Of a DNA stretch of 54,543 nucleotides, positions 45,650 through 54,543 are shown one piece after another. Below the pieces are notes generated by a model that had not been told where the DNA came from, searched no databases, and saw only the letters and a list, made by a program, of their open reading frames with translations. How positions within the stretch are numbered: position 1 is the first letter of the stretch; every line of letters begins with the position of its first letter. The position numbers were made by a program, and so were the translations under genes. Origin of the DNA: a virus (Duplodnaviria > Caudoviricetes); the IMG/VR virus record IMGVR_UViG_3300010218_000013, positions 1 through 54,543 of that record; one strand, given 5' to 3'.

Positions 45650-46220
45650 GACCAGCAAGAAGGGCGCGGCGGCGCGCCTGCAGATCAACGCCGGCCTCGT
45701 CGAGGCCGCGATACGCCGTCACGTCGACCCGCGCGGCGCGAACACACTAATTCCGGAAGCAGAGATCCGCTGGGGCGCAGGCTCGCGGCGCGGCGTGTAT
45801 CGCGCCGACTTCGTCATGATCACGCGATCCAACTACGCGACCGAGCTCGAGGTGAAGGTCTCGCTCGCGGACTGGCGCAAGGATCTGTCGAAGCCGAAGT
45901 GGGTCGGCATGCCGGACTGGATCACGCGCTTCGTCTACGTCGTGCCGGAAGAGCTCGGCATTCCTGAATGGGTTCCGGCACACGCGGGCATCTGGCATGT
46001 CATCCCAACGCTCATGGGCGGCTATACGTTCGACCAGGCACGTCCCAAGGCCGATGCATACGCAATCGTCGTTGCTCGCGCGCCGCACGTGCTCGGCCGG
46101 GAGAAGCTGCCCAACGCAGTGCTCGGCGCGTGGCTGCGCAACCTGTATTACCGGTATTGGGACCAGCGAGTCCATCTTGAAGGCCGCATCGCGCGGCATG
46201 TGCGGGAGAGCGTTGCATGA
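45642..46220 (+). CDS. PD-(D/E)xK nuclease (MmcB-like)
   Basis: RADF..ELEVKVSLADWRKD..K. Confidence 0.75.
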   Translation: MPETSKKGAAARLQINAGLVEAAIRRHVDPRGANTLIPEAEIRWGAGSRRGVYRADFVMITRSNYATELEVKVSLADWRKDLSKPKWVGMPDWITRFVYVVPEELGIPEWVPAHAGIWHVIPTLMGGYTFDQARPKADAYAIVVARAPHVLGREKLPNAVLGAWLRNLYYRYWDQRVHLEGRIARHVRESVA

Positions 46221-47407
46221 GAGTCGCAGATGTACTGCGCGAGCTCGGTCGCCCGATCGCCTACTACCCGTTCCTCGCCCGCTATCTCGGCGGCGTCAAC
46301 GCGGCCGTCTTCTTCTGCCAGATCTTCTATTGGCAGGACAAGGCTACGAGCGAACTGGGCGTGCACAAGACGTCCGCCGAGCTGGAGAGCGAGACGGGCT
46401 TGTCGTACGAGGAACAGCGTTCAGCCCGCGCGTCGCTGCGTGCGTCTGGCGTCCTGATCGAGACCGAAAAGCGCATCGAACACAAGATCTACTTCCGCGT
46501 CGACGAAGACGCGCTTGAGCAAATACTTGCCGCGGGACCGAGTGCGAAAAAGTCTCGGAAGCCTCGTGCAGCGAAGAGCAAAAAGCCCGGCGAAGCGCCT
46601 GGTAAAAGCCCAATTCCCGAAATGGGAAAAGTCCATTCCGGGGAATCGGAAAAGTCCATTCCGGGGAATGGTGAAAGTCCACTTCCCGAAATGGACAAAG
46701 CCGAACCCGCGAACACGGGAAACCCTTCGCCGCCGAACGGGCAAAACCTCGACGGGGGAAAGGGAATTTCCCAGGTCGTTAACGATGGTGTGACTACAGC
46801 AGAGACTACAGCAGCAGCAACGCGCGCGAACGGCGCTGTGGACAACTCGACTGCCGCTGCTGCTGCAACTTCTGAAAGCGAAAAGCCGAACACTGAACTC
46901 GAGCTCACCGCGCTGCTGATCGCGCTCGAGCGTGACCGAGGCAAAGAGTTGGCGATCGACCGGAGCCGCGATCGCACTCACGTGCTGACGTGGGTCGGCA
47001 AGGGCGTGACTGCCGAGCAGCTGCGCGCCGCTCATGCGCTGGCCGCGGCGGCGCGTAAGCGGGACACCGACGAGCGCCCGACGTATGCGGGGTTCGTGGC
47101 CACGTTCGTCGATCAGGTCCTCGCGCCGCCGGCCGCGCACGCCGCCGCCACGTCTGCGGATCCCGAGGAGTGGTACCGCACGCAGCCCGGAGTCGAGGGG
47201 CGCGCCGCCGAGCTCGGCATGCGCGAGCGGAAGGCCGACGAGGACTGGCGCGCCTACCGCGTGCTCGTGGCCGCGGCGGCGCGCGAGCACCGCGCAATCG
47301 AATTCGTGCTTGCGGACGCCAAGCGCTTCAACTCCGTTGCCCTTTACCAGTTCGCGCGCACGACGTTCGGCGACGCGCTGATGCCTGTGGACGACTACGC
47401 ATCATGA
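46217..47407 (+). CDS. Replication initiator (O-like)
   Basis: RPIAYYP..AAVFFCQIFYW..ETGLS wHTH; internal iterons. Confidence 0.85.
   Translation: MRVADVLRELGRPIAYYPFLARYLGGVNAAVFFCQIFYWQDKATSELGVHKTSAELESETGLSYEEQRSARASLRASGVLIETEKRIEHKIYFRVDEDALEQILAAGPSAKKSRKPRAAKSKKPGEAPGKSPIPEMGKVHSGESEKSIPGNGESPLPEMDKAEPANTGNPSPPNGQNLDGGKGISQVVNDGVTTAETTAAATRANGAVDNSTAAAAATSESEKPNTELELTALLIALERDRGKELAIDRSRDRTHVLTWVGKGVTAEQLRAAHALAAAARKRDTDERPTYAGFVATFVDQVLAPPAAHAAATSADPEEWYRTQPGVEGRAAELGMRERKADEDWRAYRVLVAAAAREHRAIEFVLADAKRFNSVALYQFARTTFGDALMPVDDYAS
46604..46695 (+). repeat. Four 23-bp iterons, probable replication origin
   Basis: AAAAGTCCATTCCGGGGAATCGG-like units at 46604, 46627, 46650, 46673; period not a multiple of 3. 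Confidence 0.85.
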
Positions 47408-47649
47408 CGAGTGCCGCGATGACATTCGACGAATTGCCGCTCGCGCTCACATCGTTTCTCGAACGAGAGTCGTGGGTGAGAGTAGCGGCGTCGGCATATC
47501 GCCGGGACGAGACCATGCGTAGCGAGCGGGACCATCTGCTCACTTTGGCGCTTGACGGCGAGGTCGTCTACGTCATCGGCGGCGCGGACCATGGTCTGAT
47601 TCTCGACCCCGCTTCATTCCGACCTTACATCCCGAGGCGCTTGCCATGA
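47404..47649 (+). CDS. Hypothetical protein
   Basis: ATGA-coupled both sides. Confidence 0.65.
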   Translation: MTSAAMTFDELPLALTSFLERESWVRVAASAYRRDETMRSERDHLLTLALDGEVVYVIGGADHGLILDPASFRPYIPRRLP

Positions 47650-48062
47650 GCAACGTCATCGACATCGACGCACTGCGCGTCGCCCGCAAGAGCAGCTACG
47701 TTCGCGCGCCCGGCGAGTGCCGGCACATGCACATCACGCTCGACGACAACGGCGACATCGTGAAGTGCGACGACTGCGGCATGCAGCTCTCGGCGTACTG
47801 GGCGATCACGCATTTCACCGAGTACTACCGGCGCGCGATCGCGAAGCTGACGAGCGAGCAGAAGCGACTGGCGACGGCGCAGGAAGAGGGCGTTCACCTG
47901 CTGGCGGCGCGCCGCGTCGAACGTGCGTGGCGCTCGCGCACGATGGTTCCGGCATGTCCGCATTGCGGCGAGGGCATCGGCCCGAAGGATGACTTCGGTG
48001 GCACGTGCATCAACAAGGCGATATACGAACGGCGGCGCGCCGCCAAGCGAGGTGGAGCATGA
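47646..48062 (+). CDS. Zinc-finger phage protein
   Basis: CRH..CDDC..CPHC. Confidence 0.8.
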   Translation: MSNVIDIDALRVARKSSYVRAPGECRHMHITLDDNGDIVKCDDCGMQLSAYWAITHFTEYYRRAIAKLTSEQKRLATAQEEGVHLLAARRVERAWRSRTMVPACPHCGEGIGPKDDFGGTCINKAIYERRRAAKRGGA

Positions 48063-48325
48063 ACTGCAAACCGGGGTTCGCGATTGTTATTCGCGGATTG
48101 ACGCACCCTTCGCCGAATGTCGGGCGCCTGGTCGAGGTTGTGTCCAGGCTCTCTGACCACGATCGGTTCGGGCCGCTCTGGCAGTGCAGATCGACTCAGC
48201 CCATGTGGGTTCGTGGGCCCCATGGGGATGTATTGGCCATCGACTTCTGGGTTCCCGATGCGTGGCTGTTTCCGGTAGGCGGATTGCCGGTGCACGACGA
48301 GCAGCTCGACGAGGTTTCAGCATGA
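48059..48325 (+). CDS. Hypothetical protein
   Basis: MNCKPG..NVGRLVEV..PDAWLFP; coupled. Confidence 0.75.
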   Translation: MNCKPGFAIVIRGLTHPSPNVGRLVEVVSRLSDHDRFGPLWQCRSTQPMWVRGPHGDVLAIDFWVPDAWLFPVGGLPVHDEQLDEVSA

Positions 48326-48579
48326 GAGCCACCTCGTCAACGTTCATGGGTATGCGCGTGATCGTGAATCCCATGCTGGACGACGTCCCGCGCATGCGCA
48401 CGGCGCAACGCTTCGCCGAACTGATGCCCGCTGACTTTGTGGCGAGTCTGGACGCATGGATGCTCGAATTCTTCGGCACGGCCAACACGGCCATGAGGCT
48501 CGATAGCAACACGATCGCCATGGGACCGAAGGCATATGCCGCGATATATGCCGCGCTGCCAGCGAAGGTGCCGGCATGA
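48322..48579 (+). CDS. Hypothetical protein
   Basis: Coupled both sides. Confidence 0.7.
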   Translation: MRATSSTFMGMRVIVNPMLDDVPRMRTAQRFAELMPADFVASLDAWMLEFFGTANTAMRLDSNTIAMGPKAYAAIYAALPAKVPA

Positions 48580-48779
48580 ATCTCGACCCCTGCAAATTCT
48601 GCGGCGCGGCCGCCGGCGAACCGCGCGACGAGCAGCTTGAAATCGATTCGTGGACTGCGAGCATCGACTGTAGCGGATGCGACGCCACGCTAACGATGCA
48701 ATACGGCTGCGATTCGCCGCAGCTGGCGATTGAAGGTGTAGCCGCGATCTGGAACAGCAAACCGGCGACGCCAACGTGA
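48576..48779 (+). CDS. Lar-family restriction alleviation-like protein
   Basis: LDPCKFCG..CSGC..AAIWN. Confidence 0.75.
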   Translation: MNLDPCKFCGAAAGEPRDEQLEIDSWTASIDCSGCDATLTMQYGCDSPQLAIEGVAAIWNSKPATPT

Positions 48780-49015
48780 ACGAGTTCATCATTCTCGCCG
48801 CCATCATGGCGCCGCTCGTGCTGGTGCCGATCATCATCGTCTCGCTGCACCAGCCGCTCGACCCCGTGTGCAGTCTTGCGACGGAGATCCACTTCGAGCC
48901 GTGGGAGGGCGACAGCCCATTCGCGCGATTCCACCGCGAAATGCTTCGGTCGATAGCGGACGGTATGGGCCTACCGTATCGGCTGCTTGTTAGCAGCGGG
49001 ACGGAGTTCCCGTGA
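48776..49015 (+). CDS. Small TM protein with portal-like segment
   Basis: N-terminal TM; FHREMLRSIADGMGLPYRLL. Confidence 0.6.
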   Translation: MNEFIILAAIMAPLVLVPIIIVSLHQPLDPVCSLATEIHFEPWEGDSPFARFHREMLRSIADGMGLPYRLLVSSGTEFP

Positions 49016-49554
49016 GCAAGGGCACCATCCGCTTTCCCCAGAGCGCGATCGCCGGCGGTCGCGTCGGTACTGCACGGATCCATGAGCAGATCGCCGCGGC
49101 GGCGCGCGAGCTTTCGGACTCGGCGCCCGCCGCGCTCGGGCAGCCAATGCGGACGATGCTTTCCCGGGACATGCTTGCATCACCGGCGGCGGCACCCTCA
49201 CCAGTAGAACTGATGCAGCAGCTCGGCCGCATGGCGCGCGGCAAGCAGAACAAAACCGAGACCGCGTACGAGACCGAAGTACTCAAGCCGCAGCTGCACA
49301 TCGGCGACATCCTCTGGTACCGCTTCGAGGCGATCAAGCTGCGGCTCGCCGACAACACGTTCATCACCATCGACTTTCCCGTCATCAACGCCGCCGGCCA
49401 GCTCGAATTCCGCGAGGTGAAGGGGCGTTGGACTGACGACGCGCGCGCGAAGACGAAGGTCGCGGCCGCGCAATACCCGTTTCGATTTCTCGCTATTCAA
49501 CGTGACGGCCGCCATGGCTGGCGCGTGGAAGACCTCACCAGCCGCAGCTGGTGA
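49012..49554 (+). CDS. DUF1064-like PD-(D/E)xK nuclease
   Basis: NKTETAY, FEAIKLRLAD, DF, EVKG, KVAA.QYPF. Confidence 0.8.
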   Translation: MSKGTIRFPQSAIAGGRVGTARIHEQIAAAARELSDSAPAALGQPMRTMLSRDMLASPAAAPSPVELMQQLGRMARGKQNKTETAYETEVLKPQLHIGDILWYRFEAIKLRLADNTFITIDFPVINAAGQLEFREVKGRWTDDARAKTKVAAAQYPFRFLAIQRDGRHGWRVEDLTSRSW

Positions 49555-49577
49555 TCACCAACCCAACGGAGCAACGT

Positions 49578-49814
49578 ATGTCAGTCCGAGCGAAATTCAA
49601 AGTCGTGTCCACAACCCAGCGCGAACACTGGGACAAGCAAAAAGGCCAGATCCACGAGATCGAACTTCAGCCGGTGATGAGCGGCTCGCCGGAGAACGAG
49701 GCGTTCTACGCGGCGACGCCCGGCGGTCTGGTGAAGCTTCAGACCGTGAACCACGAAGCCGGCGTGCAGTTCGCGCTCGGCGCCGAGTACTACGCCGACT
49801 TCACGCCGGCCTGA
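49578..49814 (+). CDS. Conserved small phage protein
   Basis: VRAKFKV..ENEAFYAATPGG..YYADFTPA; GGAG RBS. Confidence 0.8.
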   Translation: MSVRAKFKVVSTTQREHWDKQKGQIHEIELQPVMSGSPENEAFYAATPGGLVKLQTVNHEAGVQFALGAEYYADFTPA

Positions 49815-49860
49815 TTAACCGCGCGGCCGCGTGCCGCGCCCCTCAAACCCACTCGGGAAA

Positions 49861-50184
49861 ATGGACATGAGCCAGCTCGATATGTTCGGCGATCCGGAAC
49901 CAGTCGCCATTGCCGCGCCGCCCGCGCTCGACGCAACCGCCGTTCTGCGGGCTCAGCATGCAGAGCTTATCGACCTGCTGCCCGAGAAGCTTCGCCCGCA
50001 ATGCGTGCCCGCGCCGCCGGTGCCGACTGGCGGCGCGCAACTCGAGCAATGGGCCCGCGTCACGCAGCGCATGTACCTGCTGTACCTCATCGGTGCGATC
50101 GCGCGCGGCGTGTACCGCGAGTCGAGCGAGGCCAATGCGCCGTACGTGCTGATGAAACTGAACGGCCTCGGGGGTGAATGGTGA
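49861..50184 (+). CDS. Hypothetical protein
   Basis: SQLDMFG N-terminus; coupled downstream. Confidence 0.65.
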   Translation: MDMSQLDMFGDPEPVAIAAPPALDATAVLRAQHAELIDLLPEKLRPQCVPAPPVPTGGAQLEQWARVTQRMYLLYLIGAIARGVYRESSEANAPYVLMKLNGLGGEW

Positions 50185-50528
50185 GCGACAAAGATCACGC
50201 CTACCTCGTCGACCCAGTCACGCTGCGCGCTTCTGCCGAGGCAATGCGCCGCCAAGGTTTCGACGTCGTGGCGGAGCAGCTCGACGCGGCGGCCGCTGAA
50301 ATCGAGGGCGGGCGCGAGGCATTCACCGCGGTAGTGGCCGACAAGGCAGGGCTCTCGCAAAGCCTTTCGCAATCACAAAACAATCATCGCCACGCGCTCG
50401 ACTTCCTAGCGCGCTGGCGCGAGCTGCTCGTCGCGCTGCGTGCCGAGCAGCCGAGCGACATCCGCCTGAAGCGTGCGTTGATGGGTGAACACCCAATGCG
50501 CCCAGCGCCGTGGGAGAAGCAATCGTGA
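50178..50528 (+). CDS. Hypothetical coiled-coil protein
   Basis: Coupled both sides. Confidence 0.65.
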   Translation: MVSDKDHAYLVDPVTLRASAEAMRRQGFDVVAEQLDAAAAEIEGGREAFTAVVADKAGLSQSLSQSQNNHRHALDFLARWRELLVALRAEQPSDIRLKRALMGEHPMRPAPWEKQS

Positions 50529-50878
50529 AGATGACCTTCATCGTGCCCGCGCAATTCACCGTGTACGGCGTGCCGCAGAAAGAGCGGCCGCCGTGCCTCG
50601 TTCAGTGCGACGTCGTCGAGCTCGTACGCACGTTCGCGCATGCCCCGTGGAAGTTCCGCAACAGCCTTCGCCGCGGCTTGCGCGTGAGCTATTCGGCGTA
50701 TGTCCGCTTGCCCGCCTGGATCACGCCGCCAGAGAACTGGCCGCGCCTCGAGACAGGTGAGGTTGAGCTGCGTGTGCCGCTGCATTTCAACCAGCGTGTG
50801 CCGCTGCCGACATTCCCTCCGGACAGCAACCGCGTGCGCCCCGACGATGTCATCCAGTTGCGAGCCGATCCATGCTGA
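50525..50878 (+). CDS. Hypothetical protein
   Basis: GTGA-coupled. Confidence 0.6.
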   Translation: MKMTFIVPAQFTVYGVPQKERPPCLVQCDVVELVRTFAHAPWKFRNSLRRGLRVSYSAYVRLPAWITPPENWPRLETGEVELRVPLHFNQRVPLPTFPPDSNRVRPDDVIQLRADPC

Positions 50879-51342
50879 CGCGAAAGAAACCGCTTATCAG
50901 CAAGACGCCATTGAAGCGCGCCGCCCCGATCGGTGTGCGACCGGCGCCGGGCAGCTCGCTGACGCGCACGAAGATCCTCGTGAAGTCGCCGATGAAGCGC
51001 CGCGCACGGAAAAAGCGCAGCTGGCACGACGCGAAGATGCGTAACGCCTGCGATCGGCAGATCTGCTATCTGCGCGTACCGACTCGGTGCCCATTGCGCG
51101 ATCCCGAAGAGACGATCGTGCCGGCGCATTCCAACGAAAGCGCGCATGGCAAGGGCGGCGCGCGTAAGGCAGACGACCGCTACACCGTGCCCGCCTGCAT
51201 GTGGTGTCACCAATGGCTGGACAACAGTGACGCACCGCGCGCATTGAAGTTCGCGACATGGCGGCGCGCATACAGGGAATGGTCGCTTGTGCGCGACGGC
51301 GCCGTCGACGAGTGGGTTCAGGAGCTCGAGAACCATGGCTGA
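50872..51342 (+). CDS. DUF1364-like Zn/HNH-type nuclease
   Basis: CYLRVP.RC, AHSN, GKG..KADD, ACMWCH. Confidence 0.8.
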   Translation: MLTRKKPLISKTPLKRAAPIGVRPAPGSSLTRTKILVKSPMKRRARKKRSWHDAKMRNACDRQICYLRVPTRCPLRDPEETIVPAHSNESAHGKGGARKADDRYTVPACMWCHQWLDNSDAPRALKFATWRRAYREWSLVRDGAVDEWVQELENHG

Positions 51343-51940
51343 AATGAAGAACAAAAACCATCCGCGCTACTGGTCGGATGAGCAGATCGCGCTGTTGAAG
51401 AAGATCTGGGACGACCCCGCGCCGATGAAGACGCAGATGGATTTGTTCCCCGGCCGCACAGAAGGTGCGTTGAAGTCGATGGGCGCCGCTCTCGGGCTGC
51501 CGGATCGTCGCCTGCTGAATTCTGAGCGTGCTGACAAGTCGAGCGGCGAGCGCATCAAGGCCGCGATCCAGCAACGCCCGGGTACATACGACGAACTGGC
51601 GGCGCGCCTCTCGCTGTCGCAGTCGACCGTGCGCAGGTTCATCACCAAGTTCCGCGCAGACGTGCACATCAAACGGTACCGCCAGCGCCGTGGCGCCGAC
51701 GGATACCGTCCTGCTGTCTGGGCGTGGGGCGCAGGCCCCGATGCACCATGGCCCAAGGCGGCCACTCCGCGCGACTGCTCGAATCGCTGGTACCGCAAGA
51801 AGAGCCGTGATCCTGAATGGGTGGCGCGGAACAGGGCGCGTCAGAAGCATTACTACGCGAAACGGACCGGCAAGTTGGTCCGCCGCGATGCGGCCGCGAT
51901 CGCGCTGTTTGGCGAGGCTGGCGGCGCGTGTGCGGAATGA
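51335..51940 (+). CDS. HTH-containing phage protein
   Basis: WSDEQIALLK (Myb-like); ELAARLSLSQSTVRR. Confidence 0.75.
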   Translation: MAEMKNKNHPRYWSDEQIALLKKIWDDPAPMKTQMDLFPGRTEGALKSMGAALGLPDRRLLNSERADKSSGERIKAAIQQRPGTYDELAARLSLSQSTVRRFITKFRADVHIKRYRQRRGADGYRPAVWAWGAGPDAPWPKAATPRDCSNRWYRKKSRDPEWVARNRARQKHYYAKRTGKLVRRDAAAIALFGEAGGACAE

Positions 51941-52125
51941 GTGAACCGCTCGAGTGGTGGGAATACGGCGATCCGCTCGACGTGCTCGAGCGGCGTCAGT
52001 CGGAGAGATGCATCGGGTGCCAGCATGCGGTGCCGCGTGAAGACCCATTCGGCGGCACGCGGATGGTTTGCAGGAAAGGCAGGAAATACGGGAAGCGCTG
52101 CGCGCAATACAAGGAAACCAAATGA
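51937..52125 (+). CDS. Small Cys-rich protein
   Basis: CIGC..C..C; ATGA-coupled both sides. Confidence 0.7.
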   Translation: MSEPLEWWEYGDPLDVLERRQSERCIGCQHAVPREDPFGGTRMVCRKGRKYGKRCAQYKETK

Positions 52126-52808
52126 TCGACACTGAACAGAAGCTTTTTCGCACGCCGCAGGACGCGCTCATATTCGCATTCAACTATTCCATGCAGCGTC
52201 AGGACCGCTCTCTCGTTGACCGGTTGGCATCGCCATCGCCGCGGACCGGCAAGGGGCTGAGCGGCAACGACGGCGCAGGGCAGGCCGGAATGATCAGGCG
52301 CGAACTCAAACAGCTGAGCGAGCTTCACCGCGCGGCGCTGGTGGCGAGATTCGCGCCGCGGTCGTGGCCTTGCAATTGCGGCAGTGCATGTTGCTCCGGG
52401 TACATGGCAAACCCCGAGTACGTGGGAGCGCTCCGTACGCTCGAGCAGGCCGCCATGCCAGTGCTAGCCGGGCACCTTACCCATTACCGGATGCGTGTGC
52501 GACTTGTCGAGAAGGCGATGGGCGCAAAGGTAGAACTCGCGGCGCTTGCTAAAGAATGCGGCGTCAACGAAAAGACAGCGTCGGCGCACTGGCGGCTGAT
52601 CAAGGAATGGTTGTGCGGCCGACCCAAACCGAAGTCACTGAAGGGCGGCAAGCGCGAGCGTGTGGCAGCTGGCGAGGCCGCTGCGGACGTGGCGGCCGAT
52701 GATCCGGACGGCCACGGCGAAGTGGCAACTGCTGTCGACGGCGTGGAGTCGCAGGCCCGGAAAATCGTCGACGAGCTGCTGTCCGGACTGCCGTTTATCG
52801 GTGCGTAA
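52122..52808 (+). CDS. Putative late regulator (Q-like antiterminator)
   Basis: CNC..CC Zn motif, C-terminal HTH; directly upstream of promoter-terminator unit. Confidence 0.7.
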   Translation: MIDTEQKLFRTPQDALIFAFNYSMQRQDRSLVDRLASPSPRTGKGLSGNDGAGQAGMIRRELKQLSELHRAALVARFAPRSWPCNCGSACCSGYMANPEYVGALRTLEQAAMPVLAGHLTHYRMRVRLVEKAMGAKVELAALAKECGVNEKTASAHWRLIKEWLCGRPKPKSLKGGKRERVAAGEAAADVAADDPDGHGEVATAVDGVESQARKIVDELLSGLPFIGA

Positions 52809-52819
52809 TTCGAAATCAG

Positions 52820-52848
52820 TTGACGACTACCGTTTTCGACCGTAAATT
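52820..52848 (+). promoter_or_regulatory. Late promoter (pR'-like)
   Basis: TTGACG-17-TAAATT. Confidence 0.7.
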
Positions 52849-52883
52849 ACGCGTCAATCTGACACTGTGAATAAGTGTCTCTG

Positions 52884-52920
52884 AAGCCCCGACCAAGAAA
52901 TTGGCCGGGGCTTTTTGTTT
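52884..52920 (+). terminator. tR'-like terminator
   Basis: AAGCCCCG...CGGGGCTT-TTTGTTT. Confidence 0.75.
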
Positions 52921-52926
52921 TCCTGT

Positions 52927-53002
52927 TGCGGGTGTACGCCACCGGTAGACCGTCGGGCTCATAACCCGAAAGTACGAGGTTCGATTCCTCGCCCCGCTAC
53001 CA
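52927..53002 (+). tRNA. tRNA-fMet-like (CAT) with degenerate D arm
   Basis: TCGGG-CTCATAA-CCCGA anticodon arm; CGAGG-TTCGATT-CCTCG T arm; ACCA end. Confidence 0.8.
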
Positions 53003-53030
53003 TGATCGAGATCCGGTCGGAGAGACACTG

Positions 53031-53282
53031 ATGGCTAAACCCGCTTCGAAGGCTGCGGCGCCGAAGGGCGTGCGCCCGAAGCTCGGACAAGCCGTGATCG
53101 TCAGATATCGCTTCGTCAAGCCGATGACGGTGGGCATGATCATCGGGCTGTACGAGGCCGACACCGATGACGTCATCGTGCAGGCGTTTCCCATCGACCG
53201 CGAGACTATTCAGATCCCGGCGATCCCGTTCTACAGCGCCGAGCCTGACGACGACGTGCAGGCTGCTGTTTGGCCCGCATGA
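53031..53282 (+). CDS. Hypothetical protein
   Basis: GGAG RBS; first late ORF. Confidence 0.75.
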   Translation: MAKPASKAAAPKGVRPKLGQAVIVRYRFVKPMTVGMIIGLYEADTDDVIVQAFPIDRETIQIPAIPFYSAEPDDDVQAAVWPA

Positions 53283-53309
53283 TCCCGAACATTCTCACCT
53301 AAGCCCGCC

Positions 53310-53993
53310 ATGCTCTCCATCTCTGTGCGCGCCGACTTTCAGGCGGCAGCGCGCGGGCTGAGCGCGCTCGAGAAGAAGCAGGTGCCGTTCGCAACTGCGA
53401 TGGCGCTCACGTCGCTGGCGAAGATCGCGCAGGCAGCTGAAAAGAAGGCGCTGCCGCAGGTTTTCGATAGGCCCACACCGTTCACGATCAATTCGATTGG
53501 CGTGAAGGGAGCGCGTAAGTCGTCGCTCGAGTCCACCGTGTTCGTGAAGGACATCGCTGCCGCATATCTCGCGCCATTCGAGTTCGGGGGACCACACAAG
53601 CTGATCGGCTCGGGCCGCACGTGGCTCAATCCGAAGGACAAGGCGCTGCTCAATCAGTACGGCAACTTCTCGAAGACCGCTCTCGATCGCCTGAAGGCGC
53701 GCCCCGATATCTTCGTCGGCACGATTCACACGCGCAGCGGCGAACAGATTGGCGGTGTCTGGCAGCGGCCGGCGCCGACGAAGGTCATCCAGACGCCAGG
53801 CAAGCGCGCCGCCAAGGTGCGAGGCGCCAACAAGACAGGGCATCTCAAGCTGCTCATTCGCTTCGGTGATGCTCAGCCGGTCAAGCAGCATCTCAACTTC
53901 GGCACACGCGCCCAGGCGGTAGTGAAGGCCAACGCGGCCGCCGAGTTCGCCAAGGCGTTAGCCAAAGCGCTCGCGACCGCGAAGCGGAAGTGA
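53310..53993 (+). CDS. Basic virion morphogenesis protein (tail-completion-like)
   Basis: KQVPFATAMALT..VFDRPTPFT. Confidence 0.7.
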   Translation: MLSISVRADFQAAARGLSALEKKQVPFATAMALTSLAKIAQAAEKKALPQVFDRPTPFTINSIGVKGARKSSLESTVFVKDIAAAYLAPFEFGGPHKLIGSGRTWLNPKDKALLNQYGNFSKTALDRLKARPDIFVGTIHTRSGEQIGGVWQRPAPTKVIQTPGKRAAKVRGANKTGHLKLLIRFGDAQPVKQHLNFGTRAQAVVKANAAAEFAKALAKALATAKRK

Positions 53994-54000
53994 GGCAGTC

Positions 54001-54438
54001 GTGAGCGAATGGACCGAACAGGACAAGGTGCGCGCAATGCAGGAGGCGCGCAAGGCTGTCGAGGCAGGCACACCAGACACACCGATCCAGATCTCGGCGT
54101 TGGCGCTCTATCTGCTAGCGCGCACGATCACGCGTCAGCACGGCGAGATCGAATCGCTGCTGCTCGACGCTGAGTCAACGCGGCGCGACGTGAACGGCAC
54201 TGGTGGCATGTCATTGGGTGTGGAGTTGGCCACGCTTCGTCATGCATTGCCTGACATCGACGATAACGAATGGCATGCCGATGGATGCACCGTGCGTGCT
54301 GTCGACGATCACTCGTACGTCGCGGGCGCGAATGACCGCAAGACGGCCGTGTACCTCGCGATCCTCGACCCGCGCTTCGTGAGGCGGCTGCTCGCCGAGC
54401 TGGACCGGCTGAGCGGCAGCCCGAAGAGCCCCGCCTGA
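54001..54438 (+). CDS. Hypothetical protein (Ead/Ea22-like C-terminus)
   Basis: GAGG RBS; YLAILDPRFVRRLLAELDRL. Confidence 0.65.
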   Translation: MSEWTEQDKVRAMQEARKAVEAGTPDTPIQISALALYLLARTITRQHGEIESLLLDAESTRRDVNGTGGMSLGVELATLRHALPDIDDNEWHADGCTVRAVDDHSYVAGANDRKTAVYLAILDPRFVRRLLAELDRLSGSPKSPA

Positions 54439-54530
54439 CAAGGGTTTGCGGGCGGGTGCTCAAAAAGTAGGCAGATCGACGGTGCGCACCATATTGGGGC
54501 GGGTCCTCCGACCGCCCTTCCGGTCACGGG

Positions 54531-54543
54531 GGCACTGCGCGCG
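54531..54543 (+). repeat. Terminal direct repeat, right copy
   Basis: Identical to 1-13. Confidence 0.8.

Larger units (their letters stand above)
1..54543. mobile_element. Complete temperate phage genome (lambda-like head, Mu-like contractile tail), excised/virion form
   Basis: All phage modules present; attP internal and unsplit; 13-bp terminal redundancy; no host housekeeping genes. Confidence 0.95.

Noticed and set aside
49578-49814. Anti-defence nucleotide sponge
   Set aside because: Family looks familiar, but I cannot support a functional assignment without a profile search.

Overview
The window looks like one complete temperate phage genome (about 54.5 kb, GC-rich; a Burkholderia/Paraburkholderia-type host is inferred, not proven). 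It is opened at the packaging site: the same 13-mer, GGCACTGCGCGCG, sits at both ends. In order it contains a lambda-type head module (terminase, portal, S49 protease, decoration protein, gpE-type capsid), a Mu-type contractile tail with a short fibre and a beta-helix tailspike, a reverse-strand moron region, and an atypical lysis cassette (GH19 endolysin, holin, two lipoproteins, patatin). These are followed by a LexA-box gene, an intact attP (tRNA-Leu-like 3' end) with int/xis, a long early-left operon, a divergent Arc/Mnt-like pair, a cI/cro switch, replication and nin-like genes, a Q-like late regulator and a tRNA-fMet-like gene. Four things stand out. (1) Three plus-strand membrane-protein morons sit inside the minus-strand early operon, each covered by an antisense ORF that is translationally coupled at both ends, so the operon's start/stop relay is unbroken. 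(2) A pair of secreted proteins (Gly/Ser-rich amyloid-like plus a 4-Cys partner) lies in the early operon. (3) A patatin phospholipase is coupled to the lysis lipoproteins. (4) The repressor has no protease domain, while a small LexA-controlled gene could act as its antirepressor. All family names come from motif recognition by eye; no database searches were run.
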